DNA of 64,000 bases from Sporomusaceae bacterium. Lineage in GTDB: Bacteria > Bacillota > Negativicutes > Sporomusales > UBA7701. The notes under the pieces are model-generated. The model saw nothing but the letters and a program-made list of their open reading frames with translations, made no database searches and was not told where the DNA came from. The stretch is from the NCBI GenBank assembly GCA_031460455.1, contig JAVKTQ010000016.1, positions 3,429 through 67,428 of the forward strand. The letters are read 5' to 3'. The stretch's first letter is position 1; each line of letters begins with the position of its first letter. The position numbers and the translations under genes are program-made. Shown in pieces: positions 1-7,300 of this stretch.

Positions 1-206
1 GCCGGCGAGGAGATGCAGACGACATCGGCGCCCGCCTGGGCGTGCCGCCAGGTGTCCTTGCCGGGATGGTCCATCTCGAAGCCGTGGACGTCATGCTTGA
101 TGATGGCCAGTTTGTGACCGCGCCGTTTCATTTCGGCGATGAGTTTCTCGAGATAGGTGGTTTTGCCGGAATCGGCTTTGCCGACGAAAGAAAGTACCGG
201 AATCAT
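1..206 (-). CDS. mobB: Molybdopterin-guanine dinucleotide biosynthesis protein B (N-terminal part; runs off the window)
   Basis: Manual translation from ATG 206 gives MIPVLSFVGKADSGKTTYLEKLI...AIIKHDVHGFEMDHPGKDTWRH, with a P-loop and the MobB KH..F..D.PGKDTWR motif. ATGA overlap with the upstream stop. Confidence 0.93.
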   Translation of the reverse strand, partial: MIPVLSFVGKADSGKTTYLEKLIAEMKRRGHKLAIIKHDVHGFEMDHPGKDTWRHAQAGADVVCISSP

Positions 207-622
207 GAATTATCCCCCTTAGTTTTTTTGTTGTCCTGCTGTTTATCTGGCTCTTTCTTTGCCTGCCTGAAGGATGACCAGAACATCTGGATGCTCATAA
301 AGGCGAAGAAGGCGCTGAACAGTCTGCGCAGCACGATGTCGGCGGTGATGTTGGCCGCATAGGCCCCGGCCATGCCGCCGAGGATGATGCCTACAGCCAG
401 ATACGGGACGTAGCGGTAGTCGATGAGGCGGTTGCGGTGGTGCTTGACGACGCCGACGACGGCGGTGGGGATCATGGCGGCGATGGCGGCCGCCTGGGCG
501 GCGTGCTGGGGTACGCCGAGGAAGAATACCGCCGAGGCGACGAAGATGGCCCCGCCGCCGATGCCGAGGAGCCCGCTCAGAATGCCGGTTACGACGCCGG
601 TGAGGATGGCGAGGATTATCAT
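203..622 (-). CDS. Half-size TauE/SafE (TSUP) family membrane protein
   Basis: The real start is MIILAILTGVVTGILSGLLGIGGG at ATG 622, not the 296-aa ORF start. It has the G.GGG motif and 4 hydrophobic segments, and an ATGA overlap with the 619..975 stop. Confidence 0.88.
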   Translation of the reverse strand: MIILAILTGVVTGILSGLLGIGGGAIFVASAVFFLGVPQHAAQAAAIAAMIPTAVVGVVKHHRNRLIDYRYVPYLAVGIILGGMAGAYAANITADIVLRRLFSAFFAFMSIQMFWSSFRQAKKEPDKQQDNKKTKGDNS

Positions 623-975
623 AGTCCCCACCCCATCCTGACCGACATGGCGAGGGCCAGCACGGCGAAGATGCGCTTGAGCACCGCCGGCCGCACTCTG
701 GGCAGCAGCGCCGAGCCGAGGTAGGCGCCGGCCATGCCGCCAGCGGCGAACAGGGCGGCGAGGGCGACGTCGAGCTGGCCGAAGGAGTTGTAGACAAAGG
801 CGCTCATGACAGCGCCGGGGATGACGATCGCCAGCGACGTGGCGTGGGCGGAGTGCTGGGATACGCCGAGGAAGTAGATCATGCACGGGACGAGGATGAT
901 GGCGCCGCCGATGCCGAGCAGGCCGCCCACCGCCCCGCCAACCGCGCCGATAAGGACGGCTTTGGCTTTGTCCAT
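619..975 (-). CDS. Half-size TauE/SafE (TSUP) family membrane protein
   Basis: GGLLGIGGAIILVP and AHATSL TSUP motifs, 118 aa, GAGGTG RBS. Confidence 0.88.
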   Translation of the reverse strand: MDKAKAVLIGAVGGAVGGLLGIGGAIILVPCMIYFLGVSQHSAHATSLAIVIPGAVMSAFVYNSFGQLDVALAALFAAGGMAGAYLGSALLPRVRPAVLKRIFAVLALAMSVRMGWGL

Positions 976-1160
976 TGCCCACCTCTTTCTGTGACGATTG
1001 CGAGCACCTATATATATTCCCCGCCCTGAGGCCTTTTCCTTGCGGCCTGACCGGGACTAATTTCCTATCCGCAGCAAAAAAGGTAAACGACATAATCCGA
1101 CGAACTATCTCATAGAAGTATGTCTTGCCAAATTATCCTGGCCTTGGAGGCAAGAAGAAG

Positions 1161-2282
1161 ATGAGTACGCGACAATCCGGCCGCGGGCAGCGGGGCAACG
1201 ACAGCGTCGTCCGCGTGCAGGCCGATATCCGCGACGGCGTGGAACAGGAAAGAATGAAGCGCTATGCGCGGGAATACAGACAGAGCAAAGAGGTCGAGGA
1301 GGCGCTGGCCAACCTGAGCCGCTTCACGCTGCGGCCGGTCGATTATGTCCCGGCTTTGACCCGCAAGGAGTGGGTCGAGCCGGCCATCCCCGATTTCAGC
1401 TATATCCTTATCGAGACGCGTCTGAAGGTGACGAACAAGTATCTGGCGGCGATCGCCAGCCTATTGCTCGGTGGCTTGTTCTTCGTCATCCTCAGCCTGG
1501 CATTTATGGATTCTTTCGTGCCGATCATCGGCGTCATCGGCCTGGCGGCCTGCACCCTTGCTCTTAACCGGGAGCTGCAGAACCGGCGACGGGAAGTCGA
1601 CCGCGCCCTGACGACGGCCCGCGCCGATATCGAGCTCCGCCTGAAGGAGCTGAGGGAAAAAATCGAGGAGGAGCGCCAGACATTCGAGGCGGCGGAGAAT
1701 CAACGGATAGAACGGGTCGAACGCCTGCTGAACGCCGACCCGGCCGCGGTCTTCGAACGGATCGAGGAGGTGCTGCAGAGCTACAAGCTGCCCTTTTATC
1801 TGCGCTGCACCGTCGACTTCTACGATATGGAGCCGCTTCTCACCCTCTACCTTCCCGGGCACAATGTCATCCCGCCCAATATCGTGAGCCTGTCGCAGGC
1901 CGGCGTCATCGACTACGAGGAAAAAACCGCTACGGCGATCAACCTGCAGTACAGCGAGGCGCTGGCCGGCACGGCGGTTACCCTGGCGCTATTGCTGTAT
2001 ACTTACCTGCCGCCGCTCGATGTCGTGTACGTACGGGGGATGTTCGACCGCGGCGAGAACCCTGCGTGCTATTACTGCCTGCGGCTTACCCGCCAGGCGG
2101 CGTTCGATATCGTCGAGGCGGCCAGCGGCGTTGAGGCATTCCGGCAATTGGAGGCGCGGTTCGCGATCGGTCAAAACGGCATTTTCGACCCGGTTGAAGA
2201 ACAGTTGCTCCCCGATTGGTGGGAGGCTTCCCCGCGCGAAGGGGTGCTGACGGCAAAGCTAACAATACCGTCGAAGTTTTAG
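1161..2282 (+). CDS. Hypothetical membrane-anchored coiled-coil protein
   Basis: GGAGG RBS at 1146-1150 and ATG 1161. Two TM helices (YLAAIASLLL...LALN) are followed by a charged coiled coil and a globular C-terminus. Confidence 0.75.
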   Translation: MSTRQSGRGQRGNDSVVRVQADIRDGVEQERMKRYAREYRQSKEVEEALANLSRFTLRPVDYVPALTRKEWVEPAIPDFSYILIETRLKVTNKYLAAIASLLLGGLFFVILSLAFMDSFVPIIGVIGLAACTLALNRELQNRRREVDRALTTARADIELRLKELREKIEEERQTFEAAENQRIERVERLLNADPAAVFERIEEVLQSYKLPFYLRCTVDFYDMEPLLTLYLPGHNVIPPNIVSLSQAGVIDYEEKTATAINLQYSEALAGTAVTLALLLYTYLPPLDVVYVRGMFDRGENPACYYCLRLTRQAAFDIVEAASGVEAFRQLEARFAIGQNGIFDPVEEQLLPDWWEASPREGVLTAKLTIPSKF

Positions 2283-2352
2283 CAAGGCTGCTCGCAAGCT
2301 CTACAGCCTCGGCCGGCCCCATGGAATGGGCCGGTTTTCTCATGGCTTGACT

Positions 2353-2381
2353 TTGCCCGCGGGCGGGCGGCCTGGTATAAT
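2353..2381 (+). promoter_or_regulatory. sigma-A type promoter of the HAD gene
   Basis: TTGCCC (2353-58), 17 bp, TATAAT (2376-81), with a TG extended -10. Confidence 0.6.
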
Positions 2382-2415
2382 AGAGGTGCTTATCACTTTT
2401 AAGGAGCTGAAGACG

Positions 2416-3102
2416 CTGAAAGTACTGTTCTGGGATATCGACGGCACCCTCCTCCGCACGGCCAAGGCCGGCCTGTTCGCTTTCCGGCAGGCGACCGAGG
2501 ACCTTTACGCCGCCAGCCCCGATTTCAACACAGTTAAAACGGCCGGCATGACCGACTGCCATATCGCCGCCCAGATCATCGCCCTGGCGAGCGGGCGGGA
2601 GCCCCGGCCGGGGGAGACCGAGGCGCTGGTGGAGCGGTATATAGCGTTGCTGCCCGAGCATCTTGAGGCCCGCCGGGGGTTCGTCATCCCGCCGGTGGCC
2701 GACATACTGGAGTATCTCGCCGGCGAACCGGGCTATGTGTCGCTGCTGCTGACCGGCAACACGTCGGCCGGCGCCCGCGCCAAACTGACAAGCTACGCCA
2801 TCGCCCATTATTTCGATTTTGCGGCGAGCGCGTTCGGCGACGACTGCCTGAGCCGCTCGGACATCGCCGCCCGGGCGCTGGCGAGCGCGCGGCAGCGCTA
2901 CCCGGCGGTGCCGCCTGAGGATATATTCGTGATCGGCGACACGCCGAACGATATCAGCTGCGGCAAGGCGATTGGCGCCCGTACGGTGGCGGTGGCCACC
3001 GGCACGTACACGGCGGCCGAGCTGGCGGCCCACTCGCCCTGGTGGGCGGTGGAACAGCTGCCCGCCCCGGCCGATTTCGCGGCGAAACTGGCGGAGAAAT
3101 GA
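2416..3102 (+). CDS. HAD-superfamily hydrolase (phosphoglycolate phosphatase-like)
   Basis: Motif I DIDGT, LLTGN, motif IV IGDTPND. The start is probably CTG 2416 (AAGGAG at 2401-06); the exact start is uncertain. Confidence 0.9.
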   Translation: MKVLFWDIDGTLLRTAKAGLFAFRQATEDLYAASPDFNTVKTAGMTDCHIAAQIIALASGREPRPGETEALVERYIALLPEHLEARRGFVIPPVADILEYLAGEPGYVSLLLTGNTSAGARAKLTSYAIAHYFDFAASAFGDDCLSRSDIAARALASARQRYPAVPPEDIFVIGDTPNDISCGKAIGARTVAVATGTYTAAELAAHSPWWAVEQLPAPADFAAKLAEK

Positions 3103-3135
3103 AAAAACCTCCCGGACAAAAGTCCGGGAGGTTTT
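3102..3135. terminator. Bidirectional intrinsic terminator (copy 1)
   Basis: AAAACCTCCCGGAC-AAAA-GTCCGGGAGGTTTT, 14-bp stem including A/T tracts. Confidence 0.85.
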
Positions 3136-3142
3136 GTGTGTG

Positions 3143-3291
3143 CCGTATCTCCGAATTGCCGGGACCGTTTAGAAGGTCCCAGATGCAAGGCGCACCGGAA
3201 AAGCGCGCCGCGCCGCGTACTCGGACGTACGCAAGCAAGCGCTTTGAGGAGCAACGCCGCAGATGGGGCCTTATCAACGGTCCCCCTGTAC
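3143..3291. repeat. Structured dispersed repeat, copy 1 (MITE/REP-like)
   Basis: GGGACCGTT...AACGGTCCC outer arms (26-bp imperfect IR, 21/26), core CCAGATGCAAGGCGCA...GCGTAC-N6-GTACGC...GAGGAGCAACGCCGCAGATGG. Homologous to 4845, ~14107 and 36346. Confidence 0.9.
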
Positions 3292-3304
3292 ACTGCCTGA
3301 GGAT

Positions 3305-4687
3305 TTATTCGCCGGCCAGCTTCAGGCCGTACAGGGCGGCCTCGTCGTCGGGGTTTATCCTTATCGCCGCCCGGAAGGCTTGCGCGGCTTCGGCCGGGAG
3401 GTCGACCTTGAGGTTGTGGTAGCCGTCCTTCATATGGTTGGCGTAGTGGTCGAGCAGCTTCCCCTCGGCGTCGCAGTAATAGCCGAACGACCTGACGATA
3501 TTTAGCCGCGGATAATAAACGCCCACCCCGGACGCCACCCACCGCCCGCTCTTATCGATGAACCCTTTCCTGTCGCCGTCTTCCGCCCGCACTATGCCGT
3601 TTTCAAACCAATGGGCAGCGTAAGAGAACCGCGGCGTGATCGCCAGCTCACCCTTGGTATTGATAAATCCTTGCTTTCCGGCTGTCGATACCCAGGCCAT
3701 CCCTTCGGCGAAATTAACGCCATTATCAAACCTGGGCGTGTCAAGCAGGCGGCCGGTGCTGTCAAGGTACCCATACTCGCCCTTGCCGTCCTTAAAAAAG
3801 CGCCAGATGACTAGAAACGGCTCGCCCTTGATATCAGGGTACCCGGCCGAAACGAACTGCGGCTCCACAACCATCCGCCCCGTATTATCAATGAACCCTA
3901 CCAACCCATCCGCGGTCCAGACCGCCGCCAGCCCTCCCCAAAAGCGCAGAGCGTTCTTATATTGCGGCTCAATGACCATTCGGCCGGTACGGTCGACGAA
4001 GCCCCACTTGCCGTCCACCATCACCGCCGCCAGTCCCTCGGAGAAAGAACGGTTCGACTCCAGATCGAACTGCGGCGGAATAACAAAATTGCCGAGCGTG
4101 TCGATAAAGCCTTTTTTATCACCCACTCTCACCAGCGCCAGGCCTTCGCTGAAGGACCGCTCCCCGTCGAACTGCGGCTCGACGGCCACCCGCCCGCCGG
4201 CGCTCACGAAGCCGAACTTGCCGTTCTCTTCGACGACGGCCATACCTTCGACCATGCGGTCGATCTCAACAAAACGAGGCTCGGTCACCATCGTTCCCGT
4301 CTGGTCGATTATGCCAATCTTGCCGTTTAACACTACCCGGTAAAGATTATCGCTGAAGTTGTAGGCATTTTCGTAGCGGGGCTGAATAACAACCTGCCCC
4401 GCCCGATCCGCAAATCCCCATTTACCGTCGAGCTTAACGGCCAGGTATGAATCGTTTTTCTCCAGCTCCGCAGCATCGTTGGGCTCCATCTTAATCGCTT
4501 CGAACCGCGGCGGAATAAGCCATCTGCCGGTGGCGATCTCGATCAGGCCTGTCCGTTCCCCCTGCGGCAGCCGGACAGTGAACGTGCGGGCGTCGTTGTA
4601 ATTGTAGCGGGAGCTTTCTCCGCGCGCGGACGGGCATGTCGCCCCCATCAGCAGTACCGCCATCAGGCCGCATAGTAACCTTTTCAT
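3305..4687 (-). CDS. Secreted WG (KWG)-repeat protein with a short C-terminal TPR-like helix pair
   Basis: N-terminal signal peptide, about 7-8 repeats of G(K/L)(W/F)GF(I/V)D..G...I.PQF..A..FSEGLA.V, GGGAGG RBS. Confidence 0.92.
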   Translation of the reverse strand: MKRLLCGLMAVLLMGATCPSARGESSRYNYNDARTFTVRLPQGERTGLIEIATGRWLIPPRFEAIKMEPNDAAELEKNDSYLAVKLDGKWGFADRAGQVVIQPRYENAYNFSDNLYRVVLNGKIGIIDQTGTMVTEPRFVEIDRMVEGMAVVEENGKFGFVSAGGRVAVEPQFDGERSFSEGLALVRVGDKKGFIDTLGNFVIPPQFDLESNRSFSEGLAAVMVDGKWGFVDRTGRMVIEPQYKNALRFWGGLAAVWTADGLVGFIDNTGRMVVEPQFVSAGYPDIKGEPFLVIWRFFKDGKGEYGYLDSTGRLLDTPRFDNGVNFAEGMAWVSTAGKQGFINTKGELAITPRFSYAAHWFENGIVRAEDGDRKGFIDKSGRWVASGVGVYYPRLNIVRSFGYYCDAEGKLLDHYANHMKDGYHNLKVDLPAEAAQAFRAAIRINPDDEAALYGLKLAGE

Positions 4688-4733
4688 CGGCTATCCCCTC
4701 CCAATTCGTATGCGGTAAGTCCTCTTACGGCAT

Positions 4734-4763
4734 ATTATACCATATATTGGAATTATTTGTCAC
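4734..4763 (-). promoter_or_regulatory. Promoter of the WG-repeat gene
   Basis: Minus strand GTGACA, 18 bp, TATAAT, with TG extension. Confidence 0.6.
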
Positions 4764-4803
4764 TTTCCGCTGTCGAATTCCCCGCCAAGCTGACGGAGAA
4801 ATG

Positions 4804-4839
4804 AAAAAACCTCCCGGACTTTTGTCCGGGAGGTTTTTT
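4804..4839. terminator. Bidirectional intrinsic terminator (copy 2, loop inverted relative to copy 1)
   Basis: AAAACCTCCCGGAC-TTTT-GTCCGGGAGGTTTT. Confidence 0.85.
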
Positions 4840-4844
4840 GTGTG

Positions 4845-5052
4845 CCGTATCTTCGAATCGCCGGGACCGTTCAGAAGGTCCCAGATGCAAGACGCACCGC
4901 AGGCTGACACCACCGTTTCCTCCGCGACATTGTTTAGATACGTTGTTTGCACAGGATTGGTATAACAGCATCGCGCGTACACGAACGTACGCTGAGGATG
5001 GCAGCCGAGGAGCAACGCCGCAGATGGGGCCTTATCAACGGTCCCCCTGTAC
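4845..5052. repeat. Structured dispersed repeat, copy 2, with a 63-nt internal insert
   Basis: Same arms and core as copy 1; extra segment 4912-4974 replaces GGAA of copy 4. Confidence 0.9.
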
Positions 5053-5910
5053 GCTGGCAGAAGACTTAAGGGCGGGGATGGCGTAGCGGGCGACTATGGC
5101 CGCCAATATAATCGCGCCGCCGGCGAGCGACCACGGGCCTGGCATTTCGCCGAGGAGGAGGAAGACCCAGATGGGGTTTAAGATGGGCTCGATCATGGTG
5201 ATGATGGTGGCCTCTAACGCGGTGACGTGCTTGATGGCGACGGAGTAGAGGACGTAGGAGAGGCCGAGCTGGAAGCAGCCGAGGAGGACGATGGCCCCCC
5301 AGCCGGCAAGGCTGGGACCGCCATCGAGCATGAAGGGGATGCCGCCGACGAAGGCGAGGATGTTGCCGAGCAGGACGGAGCCGAAGGGGGAGCCGTCTTT
5401 TTGTTTGCGCATCGCCAGGGCCATGACGGTCATGCTCATGCCGCTGGCGACGGCCAGCAGGTTGCCGAGCAGGTGGCCGGCCTCCATCTGGTCCTGGAAG
5501 AAGAGGATCATGCCGCCGAAGACGAGGCCGATGGTGAGCCAGTCGAGGGCGGTGGTTTTCTCCTTGAGGAACCAGGCGCCGAAGAGGGCCACCCAGATGG
5601 GGGCGGTGTACTGGAGGACAATGGCGTTGGCGGCGGTGGTGAGCTTGGTGGCGCTGACGAACATCATGACGGTGGCTACGTAGCCTAAAGCGCCCAGGAC
5701 CTGCACTTTGCTGATGTTGAGCGGCTGGCCGCGGAAGGCCAGGCGGATGACGATGGCGGCGATGAGGCTGCGCGCGCCGGAGATGGCCAGCGGGTGCCAG
5801 TCGACCGATTTGATGAGGAGGCCGCCGCTGCTCCAGAGGACGGCGGTGATGACGAGCAGGATGAGGGCGCGAAAGTGCTCCGATTTGCCGGAGCCTGCGA
5901 GCAGGTTCAC
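5035..5910 (-). CDS. EamA/DMT family transporter
   Basis: 10 hydrophobic segments, ANAIVLQYTAP and IEPILNPIWV motifs, GTG start at 5910. The longer ORF start at 6132 is a shadow extension. Confidence 0.92.
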   Translation of the reverse strand: MNLLAGSGKSEHFRALILLVITAVLWSSGGLLIKSVDWHPLAISGARSLIAAIVIRLAFRGQPLNISKVQVLGALGYVATVMMFVSATKLTTAANAIVLQYTAPIWVALFGAWFLKEKTTALDWLTIGLVFGGMILFFQDQMEAGHLLGNLLAVASGMSMTVMALAMRKQKDGSPFGSVLLGNILAFVGGIPFMLDGGPSLAGWGAIVLLGCFQLGLSYVLYSVAIKHVTALEATIITMIEPILNPIWVFLLLGEMPGPWSLAGGAIILAAIVARYAIPALKSSASVQGDR

Positions 5911-5947
5911 TTGTGGTCTTCCTTTCCGGCGCGGCCGGTTTGTAGTG

Positions 5948-7132
5948 TTAGACGATTTTGGCCGCTTTGAGGGCGGCGATTTTGTCGGCGGAGTAGCCGA
6001 GCTCGGCAAGGACTTCGTCGGTGTGCTGGCCGAGGACGGGCGCCGGCCGCTCGATGGTGTCGGCCGAGGCCGACATTTTGACGGGGTTGCCGGGGATGGT
6101 GATCGTGCCGGCCACCGGGTGGTCGACGGCAACCATCATGTTGCGCGCCCTGATGTGCGGGTCGTTCACTACCTGGTCGATGGAAAAGACCGGCGAGCCG
6201 GGCACGTTGTTGCCCCCGAGGACGGCGAGCAGTTTTTCGACGGTGAATTGGCGCGACCATTTGTTGATGATATCGGTTAGGGTGTCGATGTTCTCGACGC
6301 GTTTGGCGTTGACGGCGAACCGTTCGTCGGTGATGAGGTCTTCCCGCCCCATGGCTTTGCAGAGCCGCTGCCAGGTGGCTTCGTTGGCGCAGGCGATGAA
6401 GGCGTAGCCGTCGCTGGCCGGGAAGACGTCGTAGGGCGCGACGGTGGCGTGGGCGCTGCCGTTGCGGGTGGGCACCACGCCGCCGATGGTGTTGCGGACG
6501 ATGGCGTTTTCGAGGATGGCGGCGATGCAGTCCTGCATGGAGATGTCGATCCGCTGGCCGCGGCCGGTGCGTTCGCGCTGGTAGAGGGCGGCAAGGATGC
6601 CGATGGTGGCGAAGTTGCCGGCGTTGATGTCGCCGAGGGCGGTGCCGACGCGGGTGGGCGCGCCGCCTTTGGGGCCGGTGATGCTCATGAGGCCGCCGGT
6701 GGCCTGGGCGATGGCGTCGAAGGCGAAGCGTTCGGAGTAGGGGCCGTATTGGCCGAAGCCGGTAATGGAGGCGTATATGAGGCGCGGATTGACGGCGGCG
6801 AGGTCTTCGTAGCCCAGACCCCAGCCGGCCATGGTTCCCTTGGCGAAGTTCTCGAGGAGGACGTCGGCCCACTGGGCGAGGTCTTTGAGGACCGCCTGCC
6901 CTTCCGGCCGGCGGAGGTCGAGGGTGATGCCGCGCTTGTTGCGGTTCAGGGTCATGTAGTAGCCGCTTTCGCCGTTGGCGAACGGCCCGAATAGCCTGGA
7001 GTCGTCTCCTTTGCCGGGAACCTCGACTTTTATGACGTCGGCTCCCAGGTCAGCCAGCACCATTGTGCTGTAAGGTCCGGTCAGAACCCGCGATACGTCG
7101 AGCAGTTTGAGTCCGGCCAGCGCCTTTGTCAA
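5948..7132 (-). CDS. Class III CoA-transferase (CaiB/BaiF family)
   Basis: LAGLKLLDVSRVLTGPYSTMVLADLGADVIKVE, NRNKRGITLDL, GFGQYGP, catalytic-type GD. Likely TTG start at 7132. Confidence 0.95.
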   Translation of the reverse strand: MTKALAGLKLLDVSRVLTGPYSTMVLADLGADVIKVEVPGKGDDSRLFGPFANGESGYYMTLNRNKRGITLDLRRPEGQAVLKDLAQWADVLLENFAKGTMAGWGLGYEDLAAVNPRLIYASITGFGQYGPYSERFAFDAIAQATGGLMSITGPKGGAPTRVGTALGDINAGNFATIGILAALYQRERTGRGQRIDISMQDCIAAILENAIVRNTIGGVVPTRNGSAHATVAPYDVFPASDGYAFIACANEATWQRLCKAMGREDLITDERFAVNAKRVENIDTLTDIINKWSRQFTVEKLLAVLGGNNVPGSPVFSIDQVVNDPHIRARNMMVAVDHPVAGTITIPGNPVKMSASADTIERPAPVLGQHTDEVLAELGYSADKIAALKAAKIV

Positions 7133-7181
7133 GTATTCATTCCCCCCACATTTATCTAAATATTTAAGATATATGTCCATT

Positions 7182-7210
7182 ATTATAACCGTTCGGGCCG
7201 CTCTTGGCAA
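7182..7210 (-). promoter_or_regulatory. sigma-A promoter of the CoA-transferase-EamA operon
   Basis: TTGCCA, 17 bp, TATAAT on the minus strand. A near-palindrome at 7149-7175 lies downstream. Confidence 0.7.
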
Positions 7211-7254
7211 TCGGCGGCCGCAGAACGGGCCCCTGCTTCGGAGGACGGGAAAAG

Positions 7255-7283
7255 CCTTCGCGTGACGCGAAGGCTTTTGTTTT
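7255..7283. terminator. Intrinsic terminator after DUF1445
   Basis: AAAAGCCTTCGCG-TGA-CGCGAAGGCTTTT. Confidence 0.85.
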
Positions 7284-7300
7284 TGGCGGCGATAAAGCGA

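Noticed and set aside
623-1093. N-terminal extension of the 296-aa ORF 203..1093
   Set aside because: It is an Arg/Pro-rich alternate-frame shadow over the 619..975 gene; the real start is ATG 622.
3305-4687. Diversity-generating retroelement target in the WG gene
   Set aside because: No reverse transcriptase and no template/variable repeat pair differing at adenines; the repeats are ordinary protein repeats.
4725-5015. ORF through repeat copy 2 (GGAGG plus GTG in the insert)
   Set aside because: It reads across the repeat, the terminator and the WG promoter, with no protein-like signal.
3143-5052. Repeats as integron attC sites
   Set aside because: The arms read GTT...AAC, the reverse of the attC RYYYAAC...GTTRRRY order, and there is no integrase or cassette array.
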